Shown here piece after piece: positions 62,548-64,000 of a stretch of 64,000 nt of DNA (the first letter of the stretch is position 1; each line of letters begins with the position of its first letter). A program made the position numbers and the translations under genes. The notes under the pieces are model-generated. The model was not told the origin of the DNA, did not search any database, and saw nothing but the letters and a program-made list of their open reading frames with translations. The stretch is taken from positions 14,074,001 to 14,138,000 of the forward strand of contig NC_134025.1 in NCBI RefSeq assembly GCF_964204645.1. The letters are read 5' to 3'. The DNA comes from Tubulanus polymorphus (taxonomy: Eukaryota; Animalia; Nemertea).

Positions 62548-62639
62548 ACTGGTCTTATCAACACCGGTATATATACATGCACCGTAAAAAAGCCTCAGGC
62601 TCAGAGTATGGCTGGCCTAAAAATCACTTCCCAATGTTA

Positions 62640-63120
62640 CTCATGCATTATTTTGTTTATTTCATCAACTCACAGCGGCAAGATTATACAGTCGTATAGA
62701 CACGCGCGCAGCCCAATAGGACCTTGTGTCTGCTGTACGTTTGTATGCACGTGGTCAGCCTTCGGCTGCGTGTGTGCTTCAATGATGATAGTATGAACAA
62801 CACTCTCATACAGCGTGTTAGCCTCTTACATCAGACAAACTTATCGGCAATTTAATGAAATCCTTATATCAGGATAAAAACTGCCCTCTAGAAAGCGATG
62901 ACTGTATATAAGCCACTAAACTTGTTGAACTGATCACTTCAGCACTTTGACTAGTAACAACCAATCAGAGCGTGGGTTTCCCCTAGTTATGTCAAAACTG
63001 CCGACATTCCCAAAGCAGCCACTCATAGCGCGGTTTCCCATAATTATGTAAAAAGCGCTCGTCAATATGTGCCATAGTCTAAGCCATAATCTTTTAAGGA
63101 ATCCTGTCAATTTTTCAATC
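62640..63120 (+). repeat. Dispersed repeat, paralogue of ~38225-38700
   Basis: Shared ttcatcaactcacagcg..cagacaaact..actaaacttgt.gaactgatcacttca..caatatgtgccatagt. Confidence 0.75.
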
Positions 63121-63669
63121 GATCAAATGATGGAAATATTGGACCGCGCAATAAACTTGATCTAACGGACAAAACTGAACGGTAGAATTTGACTGACCTA
63201 GGAGACAGCACGACGTCATTTAAAGAGGATAACAAAGTGGTGGTTCGCTACGTGAAGCGACCACAAAGACTGAGTGCAAACCACAGCAATTAGCTATTTC
63301 GTGAAATAGGTGCCTGGACCTGGTAACCATGGCAACCATCAAAATGAAAACTCATGAATAAAATTGAATTGCTTGGCACGTCGATCGTCATAATTTCAAT
63401 GAATAAAATAATATTGAATTGTTTTCAGCATGGTCGACAGTATAATCTTTTTGTTCGAAACTCCTTAAACGTTTCTTAGGAAATTTTCAAAATGGACACT
63501 TTCAGTAAAAATTGAAAAAATAGAAATCACTGCCCCTTTTTACATTTCCACTGATCTTCTCAAAAATTCACTGCTATCCAGAGATGCTAGGGCCAAAGTA
63601 CCAAAATTCCGGAATTTAGAACGGGGGGGGGGGGTCTGAAAAATTCTCCCCCAGGAAAAATTTTGCGTT

Positions 63670-64000
63670 TTTGCATCGCCGGAGATGCAGTATCACGATC
63701 GGCATCTTTCATCTGAAAATACGACGGCAGGCATTCGTTGTGCTTCACATCCCTCGCTGCCTTCTTATGCCGCGCGCTATCCGGGTGACGAAGAATATCT
63801 TTTTTCCCGCCACTACCGTATTTGACCTGGTCTTTACAAACGACGCAGTACGCCACGCCAGCTAAGTCTAACTTACGAATGTAGTTCGATAAGTAGTCCC
63901 CGTTACTGTCCTTACACTCTAGCCAGTGCCAGTTAAATTTATTTTTTATACCGCTGTCAATTGCCTTTATATCGGCCGACTCCCGACTGACAATCTTTCC
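63670..64000 (-). pseudogene. N-terminal zinc-finger fragment of a hAT-like transposase
   Basis: KNKFNWHWL..(frameshift)..YIRKLD..AYCVVCKDQVKYGSGGKKDILRH..SARH. Confidence 0.5.

Overview
Repeat-rich eukaryotic genomic DNA, probably from an invertebrate animal (inferred from Penelope, Academ, CR1, Gypsy and HINE-type repeats and a spliced host exon). Bases 1-11649 are the right part of a very AT-rich Polinton/Maverick (adintovirus-like) element. It carries a penton-like gene, zinc-finger genes and an intact 1687-aa protein-primed PolB whose catalytic YxD/TD motif is split by a 355-aa LAGLIDADG intein. It also has a ~1.07-kb internal inverted duplication with three ~120-bp palindromes, subterminal tandem repeats and a 193-bp palindrome at its end. 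At 32088-34281 a 2.2-kb element has 223-bp TIRs, a perfect 6-bp TSD and the same bipartite 46-bp terminal motif as the Polinton. It has no polymerase or integrase, only HNH and zinc-finger pseudogenes, and it sits inside an Academ transposase gene, so it is a candidate non-autonomous satellite of the Polinton. The rest is nested and decayed TEs (Penelope with hammerhead ribozymes, LINEs, Gypsy, MULE, MITEs, a foldback element, HINE-like elements, hAT) and one probable host terminal exon. All family assignments come from motif recognition by eye; no database search was run.
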